This document shows, one piece after another, positions 35,301 to 46,323 of a stretch of DNA of 64,000 bases. Within the stretch, counting starts at the first letter, position 1; every line of letters begins with the position of its first letter. Made by a program: the position numbers and the translations under genes. The stretch comes from Raillietiella orientalis (lineage: Eukaryota), in contig JAYWIR010000124.1 of assembly GCA_036172245.1 (NCBI GenBank), positions 1 to 64,000 of the forward strand, in the 5' to 3' direction. The notes beneath the pieces are model-generated. The model did no database searches and was not told where the DNA came from. It worked only from the letters and a program-made list of their open reading frames with translations.

Positions 35301-35940
35301 CTCATTGTCCTTTTTCTGACCATGTGCGCTTTTACGGAAGCCATTCTTGCCGGTCACTGATGGCTTCTGGGGATGACTTGAATAAATTTGAATTCATACT
35401 CGCGGATCCGCTGAACGGGAGCTGCGACCTTCCGAAAGTCACGTGCGCGCTTGGCATGGGTCCATCCATCGAACGCACTTGCGTACGGGTTCCGAGTCTG
35501 CATACTTGCAAAATAGTGATTTTGTCTTCCCTTTGCAGCTATTCCTGCATCCTATGTCACATTGCTTGCCTCTGTTGTTTCCCTTTAAATTGTGATCTTT
35601 TGGGTTATTTTTGTTCGTTCTTGTTTGGTAATTCCGTCGTCATTCGCCGAATGTTCTCGTCTATCTTATGTTCGATGTGCTTCCCAATGGAACGCCCATT
35701 GGATGTTTCCAATTGTACGCAATGCGCTCAACGAAAAAGTCACGTGATTCTTCGTGGATTCGTGTGCCTCGTTGAAGTGCTCTTCAGTATGTTGCGTCCT
35801 TTTCTCGCCGTGATATCAAGTGTTGCATTGCTCGAGAATGCCCTTGATTCACGTTGCGCAAGCTGCTTGCTCGTGTCTGCGCAAACTGCTTTTCGTTTTT
35901 ATTTTCGTATGTTTCACTGAGAGCTTGTTTTTTGTAGGTT
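32400..35940. repeat. Same unit, copy 2, inverted relative to copy 1, with a ~250 bp deletion at 32500
   Basis: ORF translations 35030-35920(+) and 27223-28146(-) are identical up to ...VEVLFSML. Junction ...CACTCTGCGA|GGTTTCATG skips 47830-48075 of copy 3. Confidence 0.9.
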
Positions 35941-38760
35941 TCCATTGTGGTCCTGTTCTGTAGTAGAGGTAGCCAGTGTTTCTCCTTGTGTAAGAACGTC
36001 ACTTTGAATGAGGATAGAATCATCGAAGATCAGCTGTACTTTACGCATCAGACAGGGGCGTGCCTTCTTTTTTTTGACAACACTGGAACTAATTGTGATG
36101 TATGGCTGAGTAATCGCAAACGTCCTACACCTGGGGGTAGTTGCAGTTTGGACATTGAGGTGAGCAAATTCTATGTGAGCCGCGAATATTGTTTGATTTT
36201 AGGTGGAGGGGCCTCGTGCTTCTGAGCAGATTAATTTCTTCCTTGAAGGACCAGACCGTTCTTGTACTGTAACTTATTCTCAGAGTGTTGCCACGTATGT
36301 ATTTTTGTGCATTCTTGTTTCCATTTTAAAACGATTTGCTTTTTGCCGAATTTGAATCGAATACATATTTGCTTCAGACTTCTACTACTGTGCATGTCTT
36401 CTGCGAAATCATTTACTAGAAATTGCTTCTGCTTTCTGTTGATAATTATATACATACTATATCTTTTTGATGTTTGTGCAGCTGGGGCATTTAAAATCTT
36501 CGTCTGAATTCGCACGGGTTTCAAAAAATTATCGGAGAGCTTCAGTTTGCAATTATTGACTTCAACCTTCTCTTTGCTGCTACTTTCTCACATCATCTGG
36601 AAGGAATATAATTTGCGGAAGCAAGATGTTCTATTCTTTGAATGCTATGCCGGATTCTAATGGATTGTTTTTGATTCCGTACAAATGCGTGGGGATTCTT
36701 TTAGGCTACGTCAAGGCCGGAATGTGAACCCTGTACCTGGCAAACTAAAATGCACATGGAGGTCTGGAACGATCGTCACTGTAAAGTTGAAGAGCTTAAC
36801 TAACTAAAAGCGTTATTATTCTTCAATTCGAGAAGAAAAGTTCCTTTCCATTTTGCTGTTTATTTTTCGTGGAAATTTGAATTATTTTAAATAAAAAACT
36901 TATTGCACAGATATCCTTTCTTCATAGGACCTCATGTGTCGACCAAGTAATAAAAGCACAATTAAATGGACTTTTCCTATCCTCATTTACATTCTGGATT
37001 CCGCATCACACAAAAAACTGATATGTTCCAAAAATATAGATGCTAGATTTCCTGTCTTTAGAGAATTTTAAAATGGTTTTCATTCTCTGATTTTCCAGAA
37101 TTTAACCTTTAGTTGTTAGATTTTCATATTATTCGTTCTCAAAGAAAACAAGTTGTTGTGTGCATTTCGTGATAAATAGTTGACTGCTTTGTTTGAGGAT
37201 GTTATTATAATGTCAAACATTGAAACTAAAGTTTCACTTTATTAAGATCTACTTCAATGATTAATTAGGTCAGTGGTTGTCATAATGGCGAACAATCCAC
37301 TAACAATTATTTTATCGCATTTATCCATCTCTCTTATAGAGTTTTTTTTACTATAAGATTAATAAGCATTATCCGTCACTAGTACCATCGATTGTTTACA
37401 TTTAAGATCATCATTATAATTTCTAGCTTCTTTGCATTCGATCCTGAAAGTGTTCCTTCTGCACTTAAGCTGCACTGTTATTCAGAGCATCTTTATCAAC
37501 AATAATCAAAACTGCTCCCATTCAACCTTCAAATGAATTTTGAATCCCGCTTGCAAGAACTTATGTGCACAAATTATTCCTTCCAGTCAACAGTTTTATC
37601 ATAGAAATATCCATTTCCAGTCAAACCATACGCACCATATGGATATCCTTCTTTTTTGTACCTCACGTATAACTTCCTTTAAGTGGAAAATGTGTAGACA
37701 ATCCGTCCGCAGGGAGTCGATACGCCGGAAAGACTGCAAAGTCTCGCTCGCCTCTCCAGAATCCTTCGAATTTGTCCGTACCTCGCGATAAGAAGGCGAA
37801 AAATCCAGAGGTAGCGAGAAAGCACCTCACTAGGATAGCCCAACGCGTAGACGTCGAAAGGCCGTTGCATCGAGCCGAGGCAACTTAGAAGACGACGAAA
37901 CCGTCTCTACTCTTGTCGGAGGGGGAGAAGAAACACAGAAAGCCAAGAGATGCTTTCCATTTACCCAACTAGAAAAGTGGGAGGTGTGACGAGGCATCCC
38001 CGTGCGTCAAGGGATTTGCAAGAAAAAGTTTCCACTGCGTTTGCGTGCCCTGTCGCTTCTGCGGGCCGCGAAAGGGAAGTTGATAACGCGGAAACTTTGA
38101 GAAGGGGATCATCGATGGCGGCACCTTCGCTGAATGCTGGAGCAGATTCAAGCTGCCCAGTAAAAGTGCAGATAGAAAAAACATTTATCGTGCACACGAT
38201 ATTTATACTCCGAGGTGGAGTCCGATGGTTGCTCAATGGGTCCCCAAGTTTCTTGGAAACCCTAGGCTACTCGGAAAACCAAAGTTTCCAGGAGTAAGCC
38301 TGATTCCGCGAACGGTTTCCGATACTCCACGAAGTCCAAGACAATGTTCTTTGACTTCTGAGAGAGGGCCAAGCGCGGCGTGGAGGAGAGCCAGCATGGT
38401 TGCGCTCCCGAACATGCCGCGCTCCAGGGTGATGCCGCGCCGGACAGGGCAGGGAAGGCACCGCCATTTCCGCAACATTAATGAGTGGGCTCTTATCTTC
38501 TCGTTGCGTCCCCATGATCAGCTGAAACATCAACAGGCTGCAGGTTTATGATGATAGGCGGTTGTTGGCTCACGTATTGCGCGAAGTCCCATCAGGTCAT
38601 GCTGCTGAAGGCACGCCTCTTCTCCGAACCGCAAGCCGCCGATCTGGCCGATTTCTCACGTAGGACACCCAATTAACGGCAAAACTCTCAGAAAGCGTGC
38701 AGAATACCATTCGTTGTCCGGAAGAGGGTGAAAGGGGAGGTGCGGAACTTCCTTTTCCAT

Positions 38761-39230
38761 GTTGCCACCCGGTCACAGAGGGCCATTTATTATAAAGAAA
38801 ACAACCGATTCGGTAAAAGGGCCCCTCTACGGCTAACACAACAACGGCCCTGCTTGCTTGTTGGTGGGCAGACCGACTCTACTTTCCACAGCAGCGGACG
38901 TGGAAAGAGGAAAAAACAAAAAAAAAAATAAAGCAAAATTAAATAAAGAAAATATTTGGAGGCTCGGTAAGGGATCTCTACCCGCTTGATGCAATGTGCA
39001 TTTACTGCAGGATGTCTTCGAGGAACTTTATCATATTCGTTTATAGTTGGGGCGATCGTGTTGCTATCCACATGAAGCGAACTGCATATCCGATCACGTT
39101 CCTGTAGTAGTCATCACCTTCTTCGTCACATATTCTCCAGGCGGCGATAGTACTGCGGAAACATGAAAACGCTGCTACCGCTACGGCTCACTTCCAGGCG
39201 TGCCGCACGAAGAGGATCCGAAAAACAAAT
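38761..39230 (-). mobile_element. Short LINE 3' fragment (end of ORF2 plus 3'UTR)
   Basis: Decayed FRILFVR..AAW..YAVRF translation, U-rich tract, hairpin, and AATAAAT...CCGGGTGGCAA end. Confidence 0.75.
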
Positions 39231-39450
39231 CTGCAAACTCAAGGAAAACTTCCACGCTACGACCCTGAGTGTCCCGCCGGGAGGATTAAAGAGATGAGGC
39301 GAACTCTTCAGCACCCGAGGGAATAACCTGAAGTGGTCCCCGATATTCACATGATCCAGGATTCATCCCCTAAGCTGGCAAGAGTCAGCTCTTACGTTAT
39401 TGCAATGGGTCTTTCCGGTAACTCACGCCGCTTCTTATGGCCGCTGGGAA
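39231..39450 (+). mobile_element. Small ORF2 C-terminal fragment
   Basis: Decayed ATTLSVPP..NLKW..WQESAL..RRFLW, homologous to 26560-26760. Confidence 0.7.
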
Positions 39451-40249
39451 GTTCTCACCAAGCTACGCCAAGGCGTTCATTAATAAACACTTTACATCTA
39501 CGATGCTAGGACCCGCAACAGTTAATAGTTTATAAGATCTGCCAGAAAGCAAGTTTGCAGACCGGATACACTCTCCTCGGCAGTGGAAGGGGACAGGGTG
39601 TAGGAACAAAAAGAAAAATAAATGAAATAAGCAAAAAGAAACTATTTGGTGGGCCGGGAAGTGTTTGCAGCCCGCTGGAGGAAGAGACCATCTTTAACGG
39701 GATGCCCTCGATGTCCGTCCTAATATCTCCCAGATGATACCAGCCTATCACGATTCGCATGTAGCGACCCGCGTGTACGACTGGGCCCCTGTCGCTGCTT
39801 CCTCTTTTGGCTACGCTGCACGAGGCCACAATGTACTGCCCTCCGCAACGTATGTTCATAGAGCACAGCTCCTCCTGCTGTACATTGTTAGCGCGCATCC
39901 CTTTCAAAAATTGAAGCAGGCTTTCAGAACAATACAGATTGCCTACCTTGTAGAACAGCGAGGGGTTGTATCCCTCTTCCACATAAGCAGACAGTTGCGC
40001 CGCGGCAGCAGGCGACGACGCCGACACGACGGCGCTTCACGCCCGCGCTGCATCGGGGACCGATTCCACGGGGGCGGATGACCCCATTTCCATCGCCACT
40101 AAAGGAGACGTTGCCGCCGCCTCCTGTCACGCACTGGTGGTCGTGTCAGGCATCGCTGCCGGATCGACAACCAACACACACGAAGTCTACACCTAGGCGT
40201 TTCCTGGTACGAGGAGCACTGAGTAAACACGTCCGTCCTAACCGGAATT
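39451..40249 (-). mobile_element. ~800 bp chimeric internally deleted element: A-type 5' end and ORF1 start fused to a D-like 3' end
   Basis: ORF 39530-40027 switches from ORF1 (EEGYNPSLFYKVGN..GGQY) to the ORF2 terminus (IVA..WYHLG..EGI). Both terminal motifs are present. Confidence 0.75.
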
Positions 40250-42364
40250 AAGCATTTGACTGCGTCGACCGGGAGCTCCTGCTGGAGCTTTTAATGCGCT
40301 TGGGCTTTCCGGCCTCTTTATTGGCCTTTCTGCACTCTTGCTGGCGCGACGCGCTGACCAATGTAACTTTCAGAAGAAGGAAGAAACGTGTTCGGTGTGC
40401 TGGTGCACCGTGGGATACGCCAGGGTGACTGCTGGAGCCCCTTGCTCTTCAGCACCTACTCTAGGCTAGTGATGAGGGTGTACAGGGAAACTTATGGTCG
40501 CCTGCCGCGCGTGTGCACAGGTACACCGGTCGTGGGGTCGTATGCGGACGAACTCCTGCTGCTGCTCTCCATGTCCACCCCGGCGTCGGCGGTCGAAAAC
40601 TTTTTCGAGCTGCTGCGTCGCGGGACAGGGCTGGAGGTAAACAGAGCGTAGTGGTCCGTTGTTGCAGTTGATTCGTCGTGGACATGGCAGCCGGACTGGT
40701 CTCGCTTATGGATCCCAGCGTTACCGTACTTCAAGTACCTCGATGTGCCGTTGGGGGACTATTCCTTAGAGGAAGCGCGGTCTAACTGCCTCCATAAGGC
40801 CGAGAGGGCTATCGGCGCTTTCCTGGATGGCAAGTTTTTCTTGCCGGAACGGGCCGTGGTGTGAAACACGTTTGTGGCTCTTCTGTTTCTCCCCTTGCTT
40901 TTTGTTTGCCCTTCACCTTGCGGTGTGAAAAAGCGGACAAAGGACTTCCTAAGAATCGCCCCTTGGGGCAGTGGGAGGCCCCGATTCCGCCTGAAGGACT
41001 TGTGTGCTCCTCGTTGCGATGAAAGCCTCGGCCTCCTCACTGGAGCGGCTCGAACTGCAGCTGTAGTTCAGGACGTTAGTCCTAGTGACAAAGACATGGA
41101 GCACCAGCTGGTGCGAGCTTGCACGATGCCTTGGTCAGCAAGCCGGCGTCTGCGGGGGAATGTCTACCTTCCTGGTGCGCCGCAAACGCCGGTATCTGTT
41201 CCACTGCGGACTGGCACTTCGGCGAGTGGCAGAGCTGACCAGCAAGAGCATTTATATCTCCTACCGGCCCGCGAACGGCACCTCCTGGTTGCAGGAAAGC
41301 CTTCGCAAGTGGGCCCAGATTGAGGAAGCGAGCCCGGAGTCGCGGCAGCGAATGCTGCACTCCTATGAAAAGAGCCGCCTCTGCAGGACATCATCGTGCC
41401 GCCCACCTTTAGTGCGTGGGCATAGAGGACCCCTCTTGCCACAGCATTGTCCCACCTTAAAGAACACCTGGACAGTAGCCAGCCGGCGAAGTTGGAGGTC
41501 CGATTCAGAATCTTGTCAAGAGAGAAAGAACAAGGTGGTTGGATCACAGGCCAGCTGACTGACGCCGCGACCCCAAGTGCCCTACCGAGAGGACTGTCGC
41601 GCTGGGGAGAGCTGCTGAGCATCCCTCTGTATGTACTCGAGTGGCCCTCACTGCTGAGGAACACCCGGGCCCTCCTTCTGAAGTGGCAGGAGTCGGCGTT
41701 CTTCGTGTTGCACTGGGGACTCCTTAGCAACGCTCGCCGTTCTCACTGGACGAGGGGGGCTGTGAACCCAAACTGTGCCAGGTGTTGGGAACAGGAGTCC
41801 CTTTCGCACCTTCTTGTTGACTGTGTTGCCCTCCAGTTGCTGTGGTAACATTTCGCAACGGCCCATGGTGCACCCTTGCACGCTCGCAGAGACGTTTTGT
41901 AGCGCCTCTTTGTGCGCGACGCACTTTCGCCTGCCACAGCCCTTGCAGCCCTTTGCTGCCTACGAGGGATAGTGCTGGCCTGGAACACCGCCAATGATGG
42001 ACCGAACGACAGCGACATCATCTGCTCTGCTCTGCGCGTCCTGAGGACGGCAGCCGGATGGTATCATCTAGGACGAATGCGGACTCAACATGCCAGAATC
42101 CTTGAATGGATGTAAAGGACGACCCCAGCGGAACGTGATTCCATCCCCAACTCCTCCCTGCTGTTGTAAATTGAGTTTACTTTTTGGTTTTGTTTGTCCC
42201 TTCCCCCCCGCTGCCGAATCAAAATCGCCGGCCTGCCTGCTGGTTTCCCGGCGAGTTTAAGACTTTCATAAGAACATTTTTTGAACGCTGTAGGGGCAAA
42301 AGCCCTACAAATCCTAGTTTGTTTTCATTGCAAAATAAACGCTTCGGCGCTCCCAGGTTTCAAA
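40250..42364 (+). mobile_element. LINE 3' part from the RT KAFD motif to the 3' end, degenerate
   Basis: GIRQGDCWSP, YADE, KWQESA..LHWGL, CARC..HLLVDC and a 3'UTR with AATAAACG. Confidence 0.88.
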
Positions 42365-45037
42365 GAAGTGCCGACTGTTGCCACTTCGTGGGGAGGAAGT
42401 ACGAGTCCATGAGCACCGGGGCACTTGAGAAGTTCCTCGGAACTTCCAGTAGCTCTTGTCAGAGCAAGAGTCCATTTGGGGTGGTCCTCGGGATCGCAGC
42501 GTTGGAAAGCTGACCCGTTCTCCAGTCCCCGATCTTGTTTTCCCTATTCGCGATGCTGAAGGTAACCTCCCATTGTGCATCGATGTCGCTGCCCAGATGT
42601 TCCCGTAAAGTAGACAGTACCGCAGAAAGGGAGGTTCTTTGTGCCCACGCTGTGCTTCGGGGATCCTCCACGATTTCTCGGAGCGTGCGGTGGGCGTGCG
42701 TCCCGAAAAGAGCTTTTCTCTCGTGTTGCGGGCTCTGCTCATGAGTCATCGACCACGTGCGCACGGTTTCCTGCAGCCAGGCAAGACCCTTCACGGGGCG
42801 TACAAGAATCCGGGCCGAGATGGTCTTCACGAGCTTGGCCGCCCTCCGAAGCTGAAGTCCGCAGTGGCAGATGGGGCTTCGAAGTGCAAAGTAGGACAAG
42901 AGTCCCGCATTGCCGGTGGCCCGCTCGACGAGGAGACGTGCAGAGAGGCACCAGGGTGTGCACCAGTTTTTTGCCATAAAGGCAAGTATCCGGAACTGGA
43001 GCTGAAGCTCCAGCCGCTCCAGCGTCAGGAGGCCCAGACCACCATCCCGACGCGAAGCGCACAAGTCCGCGAGACATACTCGGGGCCTCCTCCTGCCTTA
43101 AAAGGCTATCCTCAGGAGGTCCTTCGTCCTCTTTTCCATCTCCGCTGAGGGGGTGCAAACAAAAAGCAAGGAGCGAATTAGGGGGGCCGCAAACGCGTTT
43201 CACGCCGCAGCCGTTTCTGCAGGAAGAACGTGAGGTCCTGGAACGGGCGGATCCCCTCCTTGGCCTTCTGAAGCCAGCCGGACCACGCTTCCACGGGAGG
43301 ATAATCCCCCAACAGCACACCAAGGTACTTGAAGTACCTCACCGTAGGAACCGTTAAAGGTACCCAGTCGTGCTGCCCTGCCCACGCCGCTACGACTGGC
43401 AGTACAAACGACTTCGCCCTGTTTACCTTGAGTAGTGTTCCCCGACTGAGCAGATGGAAAAAGTCCACCACCGCCTAGGCGTTGGTGGATATAGGGAGCA
43501 GCAGCAGGAAGTCGTCCGCGTAAGCCAAAACCACAGGGGTACAGCGACAATCGCGCGACAGGTACGCCAAAGTCTCCGTGTACGCACTCACCACCAACTC
43601 AAAATAGGTGCTAAAGAGCAAGGGCCTGAGGCTGTCTCCCTGCCGTATGCCACGTCGCAACGGTACGCTGTGCATGGTATTCCCGATAACAAACACATTA
43701 ATAAGCGCGTCGCTCTAGCTGGAGCGCAGTTAGCCCAGCAAAGAGGCCGGGAAGCCCAAGCGTTCCAGAAGCTCCAACAGGAGATTCTGGTCGACGCTGT
43801 CGAATGATTTACGCAAGTCGACAGTGACCGCACGGGCCCATTTCCCCACCCGACCGTCGCGTTTCCCATCAACGTACGTACCAGAATTCCGGCTGCTTAT
43901 TAAACCCCTTCCTTGTTGGAGCTCTAAGCATGTGAAAGCGTGAAACAGGTTCGCCTCCATACATCGCCCGGGAACAGCATATGTGTGTTCCGGGCTGATG
44001 GAGATGTTTGCAACCCGTCCCAGACGCTCTGCCCACAGTTTGGCTAGCAGCTTGAGGTCCGAATTCACTTTTGTGATGGAACGACAGTTGTTTATGCTCT
44101 TCAGGTCTCTTTCCTTAGGGAAGAGCAGCAACCTTCTGAACGAAACGAGGCGGAAACGTCACCTGTCTCGCGAATCAGCAAGATGAGCTGATGTACCAGG
44201 GTAGTAAGCTCTGCCACGGAAATTTGGTAAACCTTTGCAGGCAGGCCGTCCTCTCCTGGGGCCTTCCGTTGTTTGAGCTTTCCGATGTCCGAGATGATCT
44301 CGCCCACCGTGAAAGGCTCGTCGAGGCTCCTTTTCTCCTCCTCCACGATCGCTGGAGCACCTTTCGGAAGCAGGAGTCGTAAGACATCCCGCTCCGTAGG
44401 GGCTCTGGCGTACAGGGAGGAGTAAAATTTCCTAACTATCCCGCGCTTCTGAGCAGGATCCGAGTGCTCCCGGCCCGGGTCGTCCAGCAAGCTGGCCCAC
44501 ATGGATTGCCGAGATTGCCTCTCGGCTCCCGCTCGATACTCCGCTAACCTGCGCATGTCGGGGGTCCTAGCGTGACAACGGGTCAGCAGACAGGCTCGTT
44601 CGCTACGGACCCCGGTCCGAAAACCCGTAGGTAGGCGGTGCTGAGGGAACCGGTCACAAAACTCCCGGACCCACCGCTTGAAACGGTTTAAATCCTAAAT
44701 TTTCTGCAGCTTAAAGCTCTGTATGAACGTGTGGAGATGTTTCGCCCCGTCTGGGAGCTTCAGCCAGTCCCCTGGAAGTCGCCACGCTTACGAGGGAGGA
44801 TCCCTGTCGCGTGGGTAAACCCCGAGGAAAATCGGGCGATGGTCGGACAGCTCGCAGGGTAACTTGCCGCGCCTGCCCACGCAAGGGCACACGTGCTGAT
44901 CAAGGAACAAGTGGCCAATGCTGTCCTCCATCCTTGGTTCACTGGGCAACAAATTACAGGTGTGCGCAGCCATGCACACCTCCTTGACCAGGTCACGCTT
45001 GTGATTCTGCCCATCTCGTTTCAGGCGAACGTTGAAA
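42365..45037 (-). mobile_element. Internal ORF2 fragment, subfamily A (APE C-half to post-RT), many frameshifts
   Basis: Colinear with 660-3340. KAPGEDG, DLRKSFD, QGD, YADD and KYLG motifs. Confidence 0.9.
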
Positions 45038-46320
45038 TTTTTTTCCTCGTTCACGCCGGGACGTTGATTGATATAAACAAGCTGGAAACAGTTGTTTTGA
45101 GCTTTCGACAATGAAAAGATGCAGCGGAGATTTACCCCTAGCACGCAGGCCAGGAAAACGGAAGAACATGGACGACTGAGGGGTTGTCCAAAAAAAAAAA
45201 ATTGTAAACGGGAGGAGTGGGCCAGGAAACTTTGGTGACGCTCCACAGTTACAGGGAAAGTGAAATGTTTTAACACCAAAATCACTGCGGAGCGTAGAGG
45301 AAAAAGGACGCGAGAGGAAAAAAATCAATTAAAAATAAAATGAGGGCGGATCACCGGTTTCGTCGTTCTAAGCGGTTGCTCATCCGGCGATGGATACCGG
45401 TTAGCTCATCCGTTGTGTCCTCCCATGAGTGTCGACACTCTGCCGCCAACCTAATGAAGTCAAGTTCTTTCCTGGTGACACAACATCGCCGTCCAGTGTT
45501 CTCGAGCACGTCTCGGATTGTGACGACGGCGCGGATGCAACCAACAGTGGAAATCGTCGCAGCCATCGAAAGTCCTTGTGGCCTAAAGAACCGCCGCAGC
45601 ACTTGTCCAGCGTTGCCCCCCGGTGGCGGGAGACCTTCTGCTAGCCTCCGCCACAGTTCCTGGAGGGCAGGGCCGTCCATATCAGGGTGCGGAAACGAAT
45701 CGTTCGCCCCGCACCGGGCACAGTAGAAAGAAGCCACCCCACCGGAATCTCGTTGGCGCCGCTCGTTGTAGCGCAATCCCCAGTGCAAGAAGAGCAAAAC
45801 GTCTTGCTTTTATGCAGGGGGAAACACCGAACCGTCCAAACACCAGGGAGGGACTATAAGTTCCTCGGGGGCAACACCAAGAGCTTCTCCCCACCGAAGT
45901 AACCCCTTTGGTGTAGTAGGAGGAGTGGCGGCATCCGCAAGCTCGCTCGTGGCCCATTCGCCAACTGGTTTTGTTCTTCCTGCAATGATGCAGGAAGAAC
46001 CTGCAGGGGGTGGCGTGTAATTCTTCAGTGTAATATTCTTCAGGATAGGGGGCACTTCGGGATAGGGATCCGCCCTTTGAAGCCAGGAACGGCTCCGAGT
46101 CCGTTCCTCCCACGCTTGGGGAGGGATCCCCTCGGACGGAGGGATCGCAACTCCCACCCTGGTTGTCTTCAAAGAGGATTCCCGAAAAGAATCTCCATCC
46201 TCATTCTCTCTGGAGGAACACCCTCCTAATGGGGGGTGTTCCTGTCCATTTCAATTTCTCCCGAAAAAGCCCGGAAAGGAGCTACTTGTAGGAATTTCTT
46301 CTCCGGAGGTAACCCGCAGG
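45038..46320 (-). mobile_element. 3' part of a more divergent LINE lineage
   Basis: ORFs 45810-46172 (GEWATSELADAATP) and 45351-45797 (LHWGL, CARCG). Has the shared 3'UTR hairpin and ends in A7. The upstream boundary is uncertain. Confidence 0.78.
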
Positions 46321-46323
46321 GGA

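Noticed and set aside
27366..35810. Inverted arms as terminal inverted repeats of a DNA transposon or Polinton
   Set aside because: The spacer is itself part of the same unit, the left edge is a LINE insertion point, and there is no transposase, integrase or target-site duplication.
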